From assembly GCA_035528795.1 (NCBI GenBank), contig DATKXY010000177.1:2634-66633 (forward strand): 64,000 nucleotides of DNA. Direction: 5' to 3'. Of the stretch, positions 1 through 8,100 are shown one piece after another. The notes below the pieces were generated by a model. That model was given only the letters and a program-made list of their open reading frames with translations. It was not told the DNA's origin and ran no database searches. Numbering within the stretch: the first letter of the stretch is position 1; every line of letters starts with the position of its first letter. The position numbers and the translations under genes were made by a program. The DNA comes from an archaeon (GTDB lineage: Bacteria > Gemmatimonadota > Glassbacteria > GWA2-58-10).

Positions 1-165
1 TGCTTTAATATCGAACGCTTTCGGAATCATAGCTTGATGTCTTAAACCGCTCACAGGGTGGTTGTTAAGAAAAGCTGCCACGTTAATAAGAGTGTCCTGA
101 TAAAGCACTCTTATTTCGTAGTCTTTTTCTTCAAATCTCAGCGGATATTTTTTGTACAATATCAT
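1..165 (-). CDS. Hypothetical protein, N-terminal 55 codons only. The gene runs off the window start.
   Basis: ATG at 165..163 with GGAGGG 6 nt upstream on the minus strand. Open frame to position 1. AT-rich context. Confidence 0.3.
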   Translation of the reverse strand, partial: MILYKKYPLRFEEKDYEIRVLYQDTLINVAAFLNNHPVSGLRHQAMIPKAFDIKA

Positions 166-277
166 AGGATTCTCCCTCCAGTTCATCCCGGGAAGCCTGA
201 ATCAGTAATGAAATTAAACTTTGTCCTTACCCGGAATAAATCTTACTTTAAAACCATTTTTTAAATTATCTCTTTAA

Positions 278-496
278 TCAGAATCTGAATTCTTCTGGTT
301 CTGAATTCTCAAAACCCGCTTTGCAAGCTTTCAATTCTCTGTCTATTGCATTCCAAATTTTATTCAATTGTTCATTGTTCCATCTGTACATTCTTTTATT
401 AGAACAGTGTGCCAGACTTCTTATGCTATCGAGAACGCGCTGGATACGCTTTTCAGCTATCCGCTTGAAGCGTTCTTCTTTGGTTTCTCCTTTCAT
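278..496 (-). CDS. Small hypothetical protein (72 aa, basic, helical)
   Basis: ORF track. Charged, K/R-rich sequence. Sits in the AT-rich segment at the window start. No recognisable family. Confidence 0.3.
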   Translation of the reverse strand: MKGETKEERFKRIAEKRIQRVLDSIRSLAHCSNKRMYRWNNEQLNKIWNAIDRELKACKAGFENSEPEEFRF

Positions 497-725
497 ATTG
501 TCCTCCCATAATTTTGAGATTATTTCTTCTACTGCATATTACGCCCCCAAACTCATTTATTTTTTCTTCCAGCAGACAGCTATCAAGTTGTCGCTATTTA
601 TTGGCTCATTATTTTATAAATAATAACAACATTTTATTCTACATTATATTTAATTTATTGTATGCTTATCTTTTGATAATGTCAAGCTTTTTTACATATT
701 TATGAGCAATTTTTTTTCATTTTTA

Positions 726-923
726 TTACTTTTTTAGAGCATATTTTAATTCGTTTCCAAATACATATTCCTGCATTTTTTGTTTATTATTTTCTTGAAT
801 CGTGCTTTTGTCATGCGTGCGCTCAAGCCGTCTTTCTACGGCCAAACCCATGACATCCTTTTGTCTGAAAAGACAAGGCCTGTCATATTCAGAATTTATA
901 ACCATACTATTCTGGTTGATCAC
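726..923 (-). CDS. Small hypothetical protein (65 aa)
   Basis: ORF track only. AT-rich context. Weak support. Confidence 0.15.
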   Translation of the reverse strand: MINQNSMVINSEYDRPCLFRQKDVMGLAVERRLERTHDKSTIQENNKQKMQEYVFGNELKYALKK

Positions 924-1028
924 CGCGGCTTGCGGTCATGGAAGTTTTTCTGAATAACCCGGTTGCTAGTGCCAGTTTCAGGGAGGTCAGTTCTTCTTTT
1001 GTTGGCATGGCAGGTGAGCGGGGAGCGG

Positions 1029-3542
1029 CTATCTGTGGGTTTTTGAGCGCCTATCGGCGTCCGGGTCCCAGGCCTGGCGGTCCGGCGAGCGCGGGAGGCG
1101 GGCTGTGTCTACCCGATTGACATAAACAGCCAAAGCCCCTTCAGTGCCCCCCAGCAGAAAGAGGCGCTCGCTGTCCGAGGCGGCGTCAGTGGGTATCACG
1201 GGCAGGGTGAGTTCCTGGAATATCATCCCCCGGTAACCATCCGCCACTATGAGCTTGCGCGGATCAGAGCGGTCCCGCAAAAAAAGCTCGTTGCCGGACA
1301 CATAGACAAATGAGCCGCCCACCTCGATTTCATCCCGCCTGAAAAGCGTTTCGCGGTCGAAGATAGTGATTTTTTCCGGGCTGGCGAGGTAACCGTGAAT
1401 CGAGCCTGCAGGCAGGTAAATATCATCCACACCTTCTTCGACCGGGATGATATATTTCTGCCGGGAGCTTGCCAGCGCGAAAACATAAACATTCCTGGAA
1501 GTACCGATAAAGATATTTGCGGTGTCCGGGTCCTGCCGCATTACTCGAATCTCTCCCTGGGTGGAGAGGATATCCAGGAGCCGGTCCTGCGAGAGAAGAT
1601 TGATAATACTTCCCGTGCGGCGGCTGAAACCATCGGTGGCTACAAACGGCGGGCTGATTTTGAACGGGCGGGCCGAGAAAGTGCGGGAAAGTCCGATGGT
1701 TTCACCAATTGAAAGACGGTAGAGCTCAGTGGGCGCAAACACCCAGGCATCCTGATCCAGAGTGAAAAGCCCCTTGCAGTCTGCAGGCAGAGGAATCATC
1801 CCCCGGCGGAACCTGCGCTTGAGGTCCACCTGGGTGATATAGCGGTCCTGGTCTACTATCAGAAAAACATCGGAGTTTTTCGTGGATGAAAATAGTTTCA
1901 CTCCCTGCGGCAGGTCAAGGGAGTTATGTATCGAAACCTTGGAGGGTGGAGACTCCATGGAAACCACCAGGCTGTCGTCGAAAAAAACGAAATCCCTGTT
2001 GCCTGGGGAGTATTCCATACTGCCGCCCACCGGCACTATTTCCTCGATAATCAAGTCGTCGGGATTGAGCACCATTACATTGTTGCGGAAACAGTTGTTG
2101 ACCACAATCCGCTGGTTCTCATAAACCATCCGTCCGATCAATACGCCGACCAGAACGGATATTTCCTCCTCCAGAGTTTTAGCGCTGAGGAAAGTGATAG
2201 AATTGGAGAGCCCGTTGGCTACATAAAGCCTCCCGCCGCTGGCCACCATGGGTCCTGGTCCCATCTCAAGTGTCACTCTGCCGGGTTTGGCACTGCTCAG
2301 GTCCTCCTTAAAGACAAAAAGGTCTGTCAAGCCGCCGGACACAAAAACTTTCCCCTCGTAAGCTAGAATGTTTCGAATATGGGTCTGAAAACTTACCCGG
2401 TTAATATTATCAGGCTGATCCACATCTATTCGATAGAGGTCGCTGCCTGCCAGGGCATAAAGAATTCTGCCCTGGGAGTCTGAAGTCAGGCGGCTGACCG
2501 GCCCTCTTAAATTCAGAATACGCTCAAGGCTGATCTCTTTACCCTCTGTGAGACTGAGACAGTAGATATCGGAAAACTCGCAGTCTCCGGAGGCGAGATA
2601 CAATAGGTTCGCTTGCCGCGGCGCACAAAAAGAGAGCAACCGACCGCTGACAGAGAGCTTCATGGTGCCAGTATCGATGTTCCGAGGGTCAAAAACGCTG
2701 ATCTCTCCTGAGGAACGGCTGATCAAAATAATTTTACCTGAATCCGTCTCTCCGGCCAACAGGTACGGTGGCTGGAGACCGGTGCGCACTTTTCGGGGTT
2801 CTTCGTTCCCAGCCAGGTCATAACGAACCAGAGAGCCGCTCGATTCATCGGTCAAATATAGATAGCGGGTATCCGAAGAGAGGAAAACAGCTTTGGGGTG
2901 AAACCCGAGGAAAAGAGTATCGCTGACTGTGTAGTTCTCAAGGCTGTATACCAGCATGCCCAGAGCATTGCGCTCGGCCAGGTAAAGTTCCTGTGCGTGA
3001 AGATTAAACTCAAGCGCTTCAAGCCCCTGCAGGCTCGGAATGACTCCCGCGACATCCGGATTTTTGACATTTATCACCGAAAGATTGCTCGATCCCCTGT
3101 TTACGGTAACGAGCCTGTTTTCATCCAGCTCCAGCAGCTCAGCGATCAAGGTTCCGTTGCCCCCCAGCGGACCGAAATGAAACAGGGATTCGAGCTCCAT
3201 GTACCTTCTGACTGTATCGTAACGGAAAGCGTTCTCGACATCCGCTCCGGGAATGGCTTTCGGGGTATAAACACGGCGATCCATCCTTTGCCAGCCCAAC
3301 ACCGGATAGGTGCGCACGAGCCACTCAATAGTCTCGGGATCCAGGCGTTCGACAAGCTCTACATATTCAGGCCGGAAATAACCTCCCTCCCAGTCTTTGA
3401 CCTCGCAGTCGAGCAAGGGTTCGAAGCTCTGGTAGGGAATCCGGAAAGACCCCTCAAGCCGCTGCTCGACCCAGCAAAGAGAAGCACTGATCAGAAAAAG
3501 CGCTACGCAGTGGTGCTTCCCGAATATCCATTTAACTTTCAC
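1029..3542 (-). CDS. Secreted beta-propeller repeat protein (YVTN/NHL-like repeats, probably two propellers)
   Basis: 837 aa. N-terminal hydrophobic signal. Many repeated ~40-aa blades such as LYLTDESSGSLVRYD, RLYVANGLSNSITFL, ILYALAGSDLYRIDV, NVYVFALASS. Confidence 0.55.
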   Translation of the reverse strand: MKVKWIFGKHHCVALFLISASLCWVEQRLEGSFRIPYQSFEPLLDCEVKDWEGGYFRPEYVELVERLDPETIEWLVRTYPVLGWQRMDRRVYTPKAIPGADVENAFRYDTVRRYMELESLFHFGPLGGNGTLIAELLELDENRLVTVNRGSSNLSVINVKNPDVAGVIPSLQGLEALEFNLHAQELYLAERNALGMLVYSLENYTVSDTLFLGFHPKAVFLSSDTRYLYLTDESSGSLVRYDLAGNEEPRKVRTGLQPPYLLAGETDSGKIILISRSSGEISVFDPRNIDTGTMKLSVSGRLLSFCAPRQANLLYLASGDCEFSDIYCLSLTEGKEISLERILNLRGPVSRLTSDSQGRILYALAGSDLYRIDVDQPDNINRVSFQTHIRNILAYEGKVFVSGGLTDLFVFKEDLSSAKPGRVTLEMGPGPMVASGGRLYVANGLSNSITFLSAKTLEEEISVLVGVLIGRMVYENQRIVVNNCFRNNVMVLNPDDLIIEEIVPVGGSMEYSPGNRDFVFFDDSLVVSMESPPSKVSIHNSLDLPQGVKLFSSTKNSDVFLIVDQDRYITQVDLKRRFRRGMIPLPADCKGLFTLDQDAWVFAPTELYRLSIGETIGLSRTFSARPFKISPPFVATDGFSRRTGSIINLLSQDRLLDILSTQGEIRVMRQDPDTANIFIGTSRNVYVFALASSRQKYIIPVEEGVDDIYLPAGSIHGYLASPEKITIFDRETLFRRDEIEVGGSFVYVSGNELFLRDRSDPRKLIVADGYRGMIFQELTLPVIPTDAASDSERLFLLGGTEGALAVYVNRVDTARLPRSPDRQAWDPDADRRSKTHR

Positions 3543-3706
3543 TGAAACAGGATCTCCAGTTCAGGATAAACCGATTGAGTGTTATGGGTGGGATCATGGG
3601 CGGTAAAAAGCTAGACTTTTCTGGAAGAAAAAACCTCTTTTGACGCTAAAAAGCCGCTGGAAGCTTTCGATCTCAGACTTTTCTCTTTCCACAAGCTGAT
3701 CAAAAC

Positions 3707-5368
3707 TCATCGAGGTATTACATAAGAATCGGGCTTGTTGGACTTTTCATTAAGATCGAGTGTATCCGGCAGGTTTCTCCCAGCTAGTAACATTTCGACA
3801 AAGTTGCCTTCATGAGGTGCCTTTTTAATCAGCTCCAGCGCCTTCTGGAGCTGTTTATCGTAGTTGGCCAAAACACGCTGGGCGGTATTGCGATCGTAAC
3901 AGGCATCCGCAATATAGTAGTAGATCCACTGAGTAATTAAAGGCCGCACCTCATCGAATTCGGCCTTGCTGAGCTCGAACCCGTCTTCCTTAATCATTTC
4001 GCACGCTTTATCGATCATTTCCGGAGTAACTTTAAGAATGTGCTCTTTGAAATTCTCCATGTATTGTACAGAATCGATAGAGTCCCTGCCGACTTCCGGG
4101 TGCTGGTTTTTGAATTCCACCGCATAGCGGAACATCAAATTGCGGAACTTGCCTAACTGCTTGAAAATCTTTCGCTCGGTCGCTGTAAGAGTGTCGGTCT
4201 TTGTAATCAGGTCTGGAGTTATTCCCCCGCCGCCGTGGACAATGCGGCCGGAATCGGTGGTAAAGGATTGCAGGGTATCCTCCGCTGAAAGCAGGGGATG
4301 CTGGTCCTCCCCGATTTTGCGGTCGGAGTGGATGCAGCGCCCGCTGGGGGTGTAATATTTTGCTGTGGTGAGTTTGAGGGCGTAACTTTCCTTGAGATCG
4401 ATCAATGTCTGAACGCTGCCTTTGCCATAGCTCGGAGTGCCTAGAATAACCGCTTTTTCGTGATCCTGAAGGGCGCCGGCGACTATCTCGCTGGCCGAGG
4501 CGCTGCCTCCTGAGATCAGGGTAATAATCGGCCCTGTCCCCCAGAAAGCGGGGTTCTGCGCCCGGAACACCTTATTGGCGGTTCTGATCCTGCCTCGCGT
4601 GGAGACAATTACCTGGCCCGGGTCCAGAAAAATGTCGGCCACATCCACGGCCCGTGAGAGTAAACCCCCCGGATTATCCCGCAGGTCAAAGACCAGCTTG
4701 TTCACCCCAAGTTTTTTCAGCTCCTGGATCGCCTCGTAGAGTTCCTCCCCGCTCCTGTCCGAAAACACTCCCAGGTGTACATACCCGATATCCGGAGCCA
4801 GCATGAACTTGGATGTTACGCTCACTATCTTGATTATCGCGCGAACAATCGGAAAATGGATCTCGTCATCCACACCGATCCTGTGCACCCAGATATTGAC
4901 AAGCGTTCCCGGCTGTCCTTTGAGACGCCTGACCGCCTCCTCCAGCTTCATCCCGTAGGTCGGCTCGTTCTCGATCCGCACAATCCGGTCCCCGGCCTGC
5001 AAACCGACCCGGGACGCAGGTGTGCCTGGAATAGGGGAAAGCACTGTCAGAGTGTCATCCCGGATCGAAATCTCGATGCCGATCCCGCCGAACTCCCCTT
5101 TTGTCTGCTCCATCAAGCGCTTGTGATGGCTCTGATTCAGAAGCTGGCTGTGGGGATCCAGACTTTCCACCAGGCCCTCGATAGCCTCCATGACCAGATC
5201 CTCGGGGGGGATCTCATCCACGTAATATTCTGAGACTATGCCCAGCACATCATTGAGCAGCAAAAGCTCTTTCGTTCCCCAGGACCGCTTCTCGGGATAT
5301 TGAGAACTGAGTGTTCCCACGCCAGCCAGTAACAATAAAAAAATCAAAACTTTCGTATAACTTCTCAT
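3707..5368 (-). CDS. ctpA: Carboxyl-terminal processing protease, S41 family (PDZ + peptidase S41 domains)
   Basis: Signal peptide. PDZ segment GIGIEISIRDDTLTVLSPIPGTPASRVGLQAGDRI. S41 core motifs LVFDLRDNPGGLL and ISGGSASASEIVAGALQDHEKAVILGTPSYGKGSVQT. Confidence 0.9.
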   Translation of the reverse strand: MRSYTKVLIFLLLLAGVGTLSSQYPEKRSWGTKELLLLNDVLGIVSEYYVDEIPPEDLVMEAIEGLVESLDPHSQLLNQSHHKRLMEQTKGEFGGIGIEISIRDDTLTVLSPIPGTPASRVGLQAGDRIVRIENEPTYGMKLEEAVRRLKGQPGTLVNIWVHRIGVDDEIHFPIVRAIIKIVSVTSKFMLAPDIGYVHLGVFSDRSGEELYEAIQELKKLGVNKLVFDLRDNPGGLLSRAVDVADIFLDPGQVIVSTRGRIRTANKVFRAQNPAFWGTGPIITLISGGSASASEIVAGALQDHEKAVILGTPSYGKGSVQTLIDLKESYALKLTTAKYYTPSGRCIHSDRKIGEDQHPLLSAEDTLQSFTTDSGRIVHGGGGITPDLITKTDTLTATERKIFKQLGKFRNLMFRYAVEFKNQHPEVGRDSIDSVQYMENFKEHILKVTPEMIDKACEMIKEDGFELSKAEFDEVRPLITQWIYYYIADACYDRNTAQRVLANYDKQLQKALELIKKAPHEGNFVEMLLAGRNLPDTLDLNEKSNKPDSYVIPR

Positions 5369-5509
5369 TCGGGGCTCTCTTTCTCAAATTATGCGCTTAA
5401 AACCTGTTCGGAATGAACCCGAGCTCAATGATCTCTATAATTTATACTTTAGCTGATCAAAAAGTCAACCAGAATGTAATTATACTTATAACATGGATTA
5501 TTCATCCCG

Positions 5510-5625
5510 TATTATTCACAAATTACCACAAAACGCGTAGGGGCGGACCCATGTGTCCGCCCGTCGTTCGGTAATTTTTCGATGGTAATCGGTCGCACAC
5601 GCGGGTGCGCCCCTACAAAAAACGA
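5510..5625. repeat. Two CCCCTAC-type palindromic hairpins (REP-like)
   Basis: gtaggggcggaccca...gtccgcccgtcg and cgcgggtgcgcccctac. Same motif class as the elements near 16.6, 22.3, 28.0, 43.8 and 55.6 kb. Confidence 0.6.
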
Positions 5626-5766
5626 GAACGGAAAATTTTTATGAATTTTCCGGATTCATATACAATCATACTCTCGCTTGGGGACAACGAAGAGGGACAA
5701 AGACACAAAGGGGCAACCAGGCACAGAAAGACAAAAGAACAAAGTTTATGATATGGCCTATCCTGC

Positions 5767-5921
5767 AAATGAACCACTCCGCGGCAAGCTTCGAGGTATC
5801 ACAAGGTTGGTAATGATTATTTTCACCCCCCGCCCCCCGGGCGACCGCCGGTCGCCCCTACGGTTGGCTTAAGGGGCCGTTTACCCTGCAGCAAGCTGCG
5901 TGGACTTCTCTTCGATTAAAA
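5767..5921. repeat. Intergenic repeat family B, copy 1 (~155 bp)
   Basis: About 88% identical to 55151..55317. Shared core: cgcggcaa..cgaggtatca.aaggttggtaatgattattttcacc...ggcgaccgccggtcgcccctacggtt.gcttaaggggccgtttaccc...ttcgattaaaa. Confidence 0.7.
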
Positions 5922-6076
5922 CCGCAGGACCTCGGAATCCAATCCAGCCAGAAAAATTAGGGATTTTGATGTATCAGGGATTTTGAAGGGTGAAAAGCCC
6001 GCCGGCAAAATTTTTATAATGCTGGGGAGTGCCCGGCTTAAATGCAGCGGGAAGGAATAATAAGCGAGTCTCAGCT

Positions 6077-6961
6077 TCAACTGGCCATCACGGATTTGCC
6101 TTGGGGGAGTTTATGCTTGTCCAGGCTGATCATCTTGTGGCCTCCGGGCAGATAATCTTCGGAAACCGGGCTGTTGATCCGGCGCAGCGCCTTTGTTATT
6201 TCAGCGATTCGTTTGGATTCAATAATAATATGATTGACTTTCCTCAGGATCTTCTTATCGGTACCCGCCAGGTCCTTGACCAGCAGCTCCGCATTACCGA
6301 TGATCACAGTGAGCGGATTGTTTATCTCGTGGTTAACAGTGACCGCCACCTCGCCGATAGCGGCCAGGCGTTCCTGTTCGAGGAGCGCTTTCTGGGCGGT
6401 TTCGAGCTGACGGTTTTTTTCCTCGAGCTTGCTGTTGGTCTCCTCAAGCTGGTTGAAATAGAGAGTTCGCTCGATTATCACGCTGAGCTGTCCAGCGGCT
6501 ATAGAGAGAACTTGCAGGTTATGGCGGGTAAAAGTGCCGGCAGTCGTATGTCCGAAATTCAATACTCCGATCAGCCTGTCTGCCAGCAGAAGGGGTATCG
6601 AGAGAAACGAACGCACAGGGGCCTTGACCATGCTTTTGCCCCGATGTATCTCGCTCAAAAGAATCGGCCGTTTCTGCTTGGCCACCCAGGCGCTTAATCC
6701 GTTGCCCATATCGAAGCTGACCGGCTGGATCAGGTCCACCGCATGGCCCTTGCTCGCCACCAGTTTGAGTTTCATGAGCTGCTCATCATAGATAAACAGG
6801 GCGGCAAACTCAAAATCAGCCAGTTGTTCGAGCAATTTCAAAACCGAATTATATGTATCCTCGGGTCTAGTGCAGGATTGGATTACCTGGCCGATTTTGA
6901 AAAGAATCTCGAGCTCGTCCTGTTTTTTTCGCTCGACTGAAGATTTTAGTGTTGCATTCAT
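6077..6961 (-). CDS. GAF-domain protein with HisKA phosphoacceptor domain and no HATPase_c domain (truncated sensor kinase or phosphotransfer protein)
   Basis: N-terminal GAF-like region. H-box NHEINNPLTVIIGNAELL around aa 205. Protein ends about 35 aa after the dimerisation helix. No N/G1/G2 ATP-binding boxes. Confidence 0.65.
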   Translation of the reverse strand: MNATLKSSVERKKQDELEILFKIGQVIQSCTRPEDTYNSVLKLLEQLADFEFAALFIYDEQLMKLKLVASKGHAVDLIQPVSFDMGNGLSAWVAKQKRPILLSEIHRGKSMVKAPVRSFLSIPLLLADRLIGVLNFGHTTAGTFTRHNLQVLSIAAGQLSVIIERTLYFNQLEETNSKLEEKNRQLETAQKALLEQERLAAIGEVAVTVNHEINNPLTVIIGNAELLVKDLAGTDKKILRKVNHIIIESKRIAEITKALRRINSPVSEDYLPGGHKMISLDKHKLPQGKSVMAS

Positions 6962-7152
6962 ATTTAGAATTATCGGTAATAGATCAGGAAAATTGAATTT
7001 TTAGCCTTCTTCCAGCGGGAAGTTCCGACTTTTCAGATTGCTAAAAACAAGAGTTCATCGCATACCTTGGCCAATAGCAGGGGCTTCCCATGCTTATCAG
7101 GAGCAGCAGCATTTTTTGAGATTGTGAGTTTTTCAGCCGGGGGGCAGCCGTT

Positions 7153-8100
7153 TCACCAGATATATTTTTTCACCAGGCGGGACCCGCATATCGGACACAG
7201 GCCGGGTTTGTCGGAAATGACATGGATCTCGTCCTGCCAGTAACAGACATACCTGACACCCAGCGGCCGGTGGATACCTTTAATCAGAGGCTCGAATGTC
7301 TGGCGGGCTAAATCCTGCATGGCCTGGCGGGCGAGAGCCTCTTTCTGGCGGAAGTCTAATGAATAGTAAGCGGGGTCCTCGGTTACCGGAAATATCTGTA
7401 TACCCCGCCCCACGCCTTTTTTGCCGCGAATCTTTTCGGAGAAATACAGGGTGCCGGTTTTACCTTCCACCACTGCTAAATCCAGCTCTGCCCGGTAGGT
7501 TACTTTATTGCGGTGAAAGAGCACAGGAATGGAGAAACCGTCGTGAAGGTCTATCTCAAAGCCGATCATCCTGAAAAAGGCTGTATAGTCGCACTCAGTG
7601 AGCCGGCATATGCGAGTCAAGATGTCCGTTTCGTAAGTATCCGGCACGGAAACACGGTGACGGGCCAGGATCTCTGCCACTTCTTCCTCGGGCTTCACAG
7701 TCAGATAGTCCGACGAGCGAAGGTAAGCCAGCAGTTCAGTCCGGAAAACATTCATATCAAAGGGGGGGAAAACAGCCGCTCCGCGGGGATTGAGCAAACA
7801 GAGGCTGGTGTGGGGATGGATTATTTTTTCCGGAGGCACCGGCGGCCCGGTATAGTCCTGGCTTCTTAAAGAAGAAAAAGCCAGGAGGCCAAAAGCTAAA
7901 GCACAAACCCAGTTCCTGGCTGCCAGGAAAGAGCACGGGCCCTGCTTTTTTACAGAAGAGTCAGCGCCCGAGAGATCTCGCCTCTGCCGGGATGATTTAA
8001 AATTTGAAAAAAATCTTTGAGTTCTCTTTCTGGATAGAGTCCTCATTCTAGTTCTAAACATTGATCTGAAGTTCAAAATCCACCTCGCGATCAATTTCAT
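7153..8100 (-). CDS. Hypothetical secreted protein with C-terminal CxxC pair. The true start is probably internal, because the ORF-track start overlaps the upstream gene by 47 bp.
   Basis: ORF track. Hydrophobic signal-like stretch ALAFGLLAFSSL. C-terminal CPICGSRL. Confidence 0.35.
   Translation of the reverse strand: MKLIARWILNFRSMFRTRMRTLSRKRTQRFFSNFKSSRQRRDLSGADSSVKKQGPCSFLAARNWVCALAFGLLAFSSLRSQDYTGPPVPPEKIIHPHTSLCLLNPRGAAVFPPFDMNVFRTELLAYLRSSDYLTVKPEEEVAEILARHRVSVPDTYETDILTRICRLTECDYTAFFRMIGFEIDLHDGFSIPVLFHRNKVTYRAELDLAVVEGKTGTLYFSEKIRGKKGVGRGIQIFPVTEDPAYYSLDFRQKEALARQAMQDLARQTFEPLIKGIHRPLGVRYVCYWQDEIHVISDKPGLCPICGSRLVKKYIW

Noticed and set aside
1926-3545. Long antisense or alternative-frame ORFs inside GC-rich genes (for example 1926..2366, 2898..3545, 14890..15810, 20504..21912, 44730..45740, 46510..47403)
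   Set aside because: These lie on the opposite strand of genes with clear family signatures. They have a high-GC frame bias, and no motifs or SD. They are typical spurious ORFs.
5678-5872. ORFs 5678..5872 and 54924..55250 sharing the peptide LRGKLRGI[TI]RLVMIIFT
   Set aside because: The shared peptide only reflects the ~88%-identical family B DNA repeat. The ORFs have no SD or start context and are riddled with hairpins, so they are treated as non-coding.
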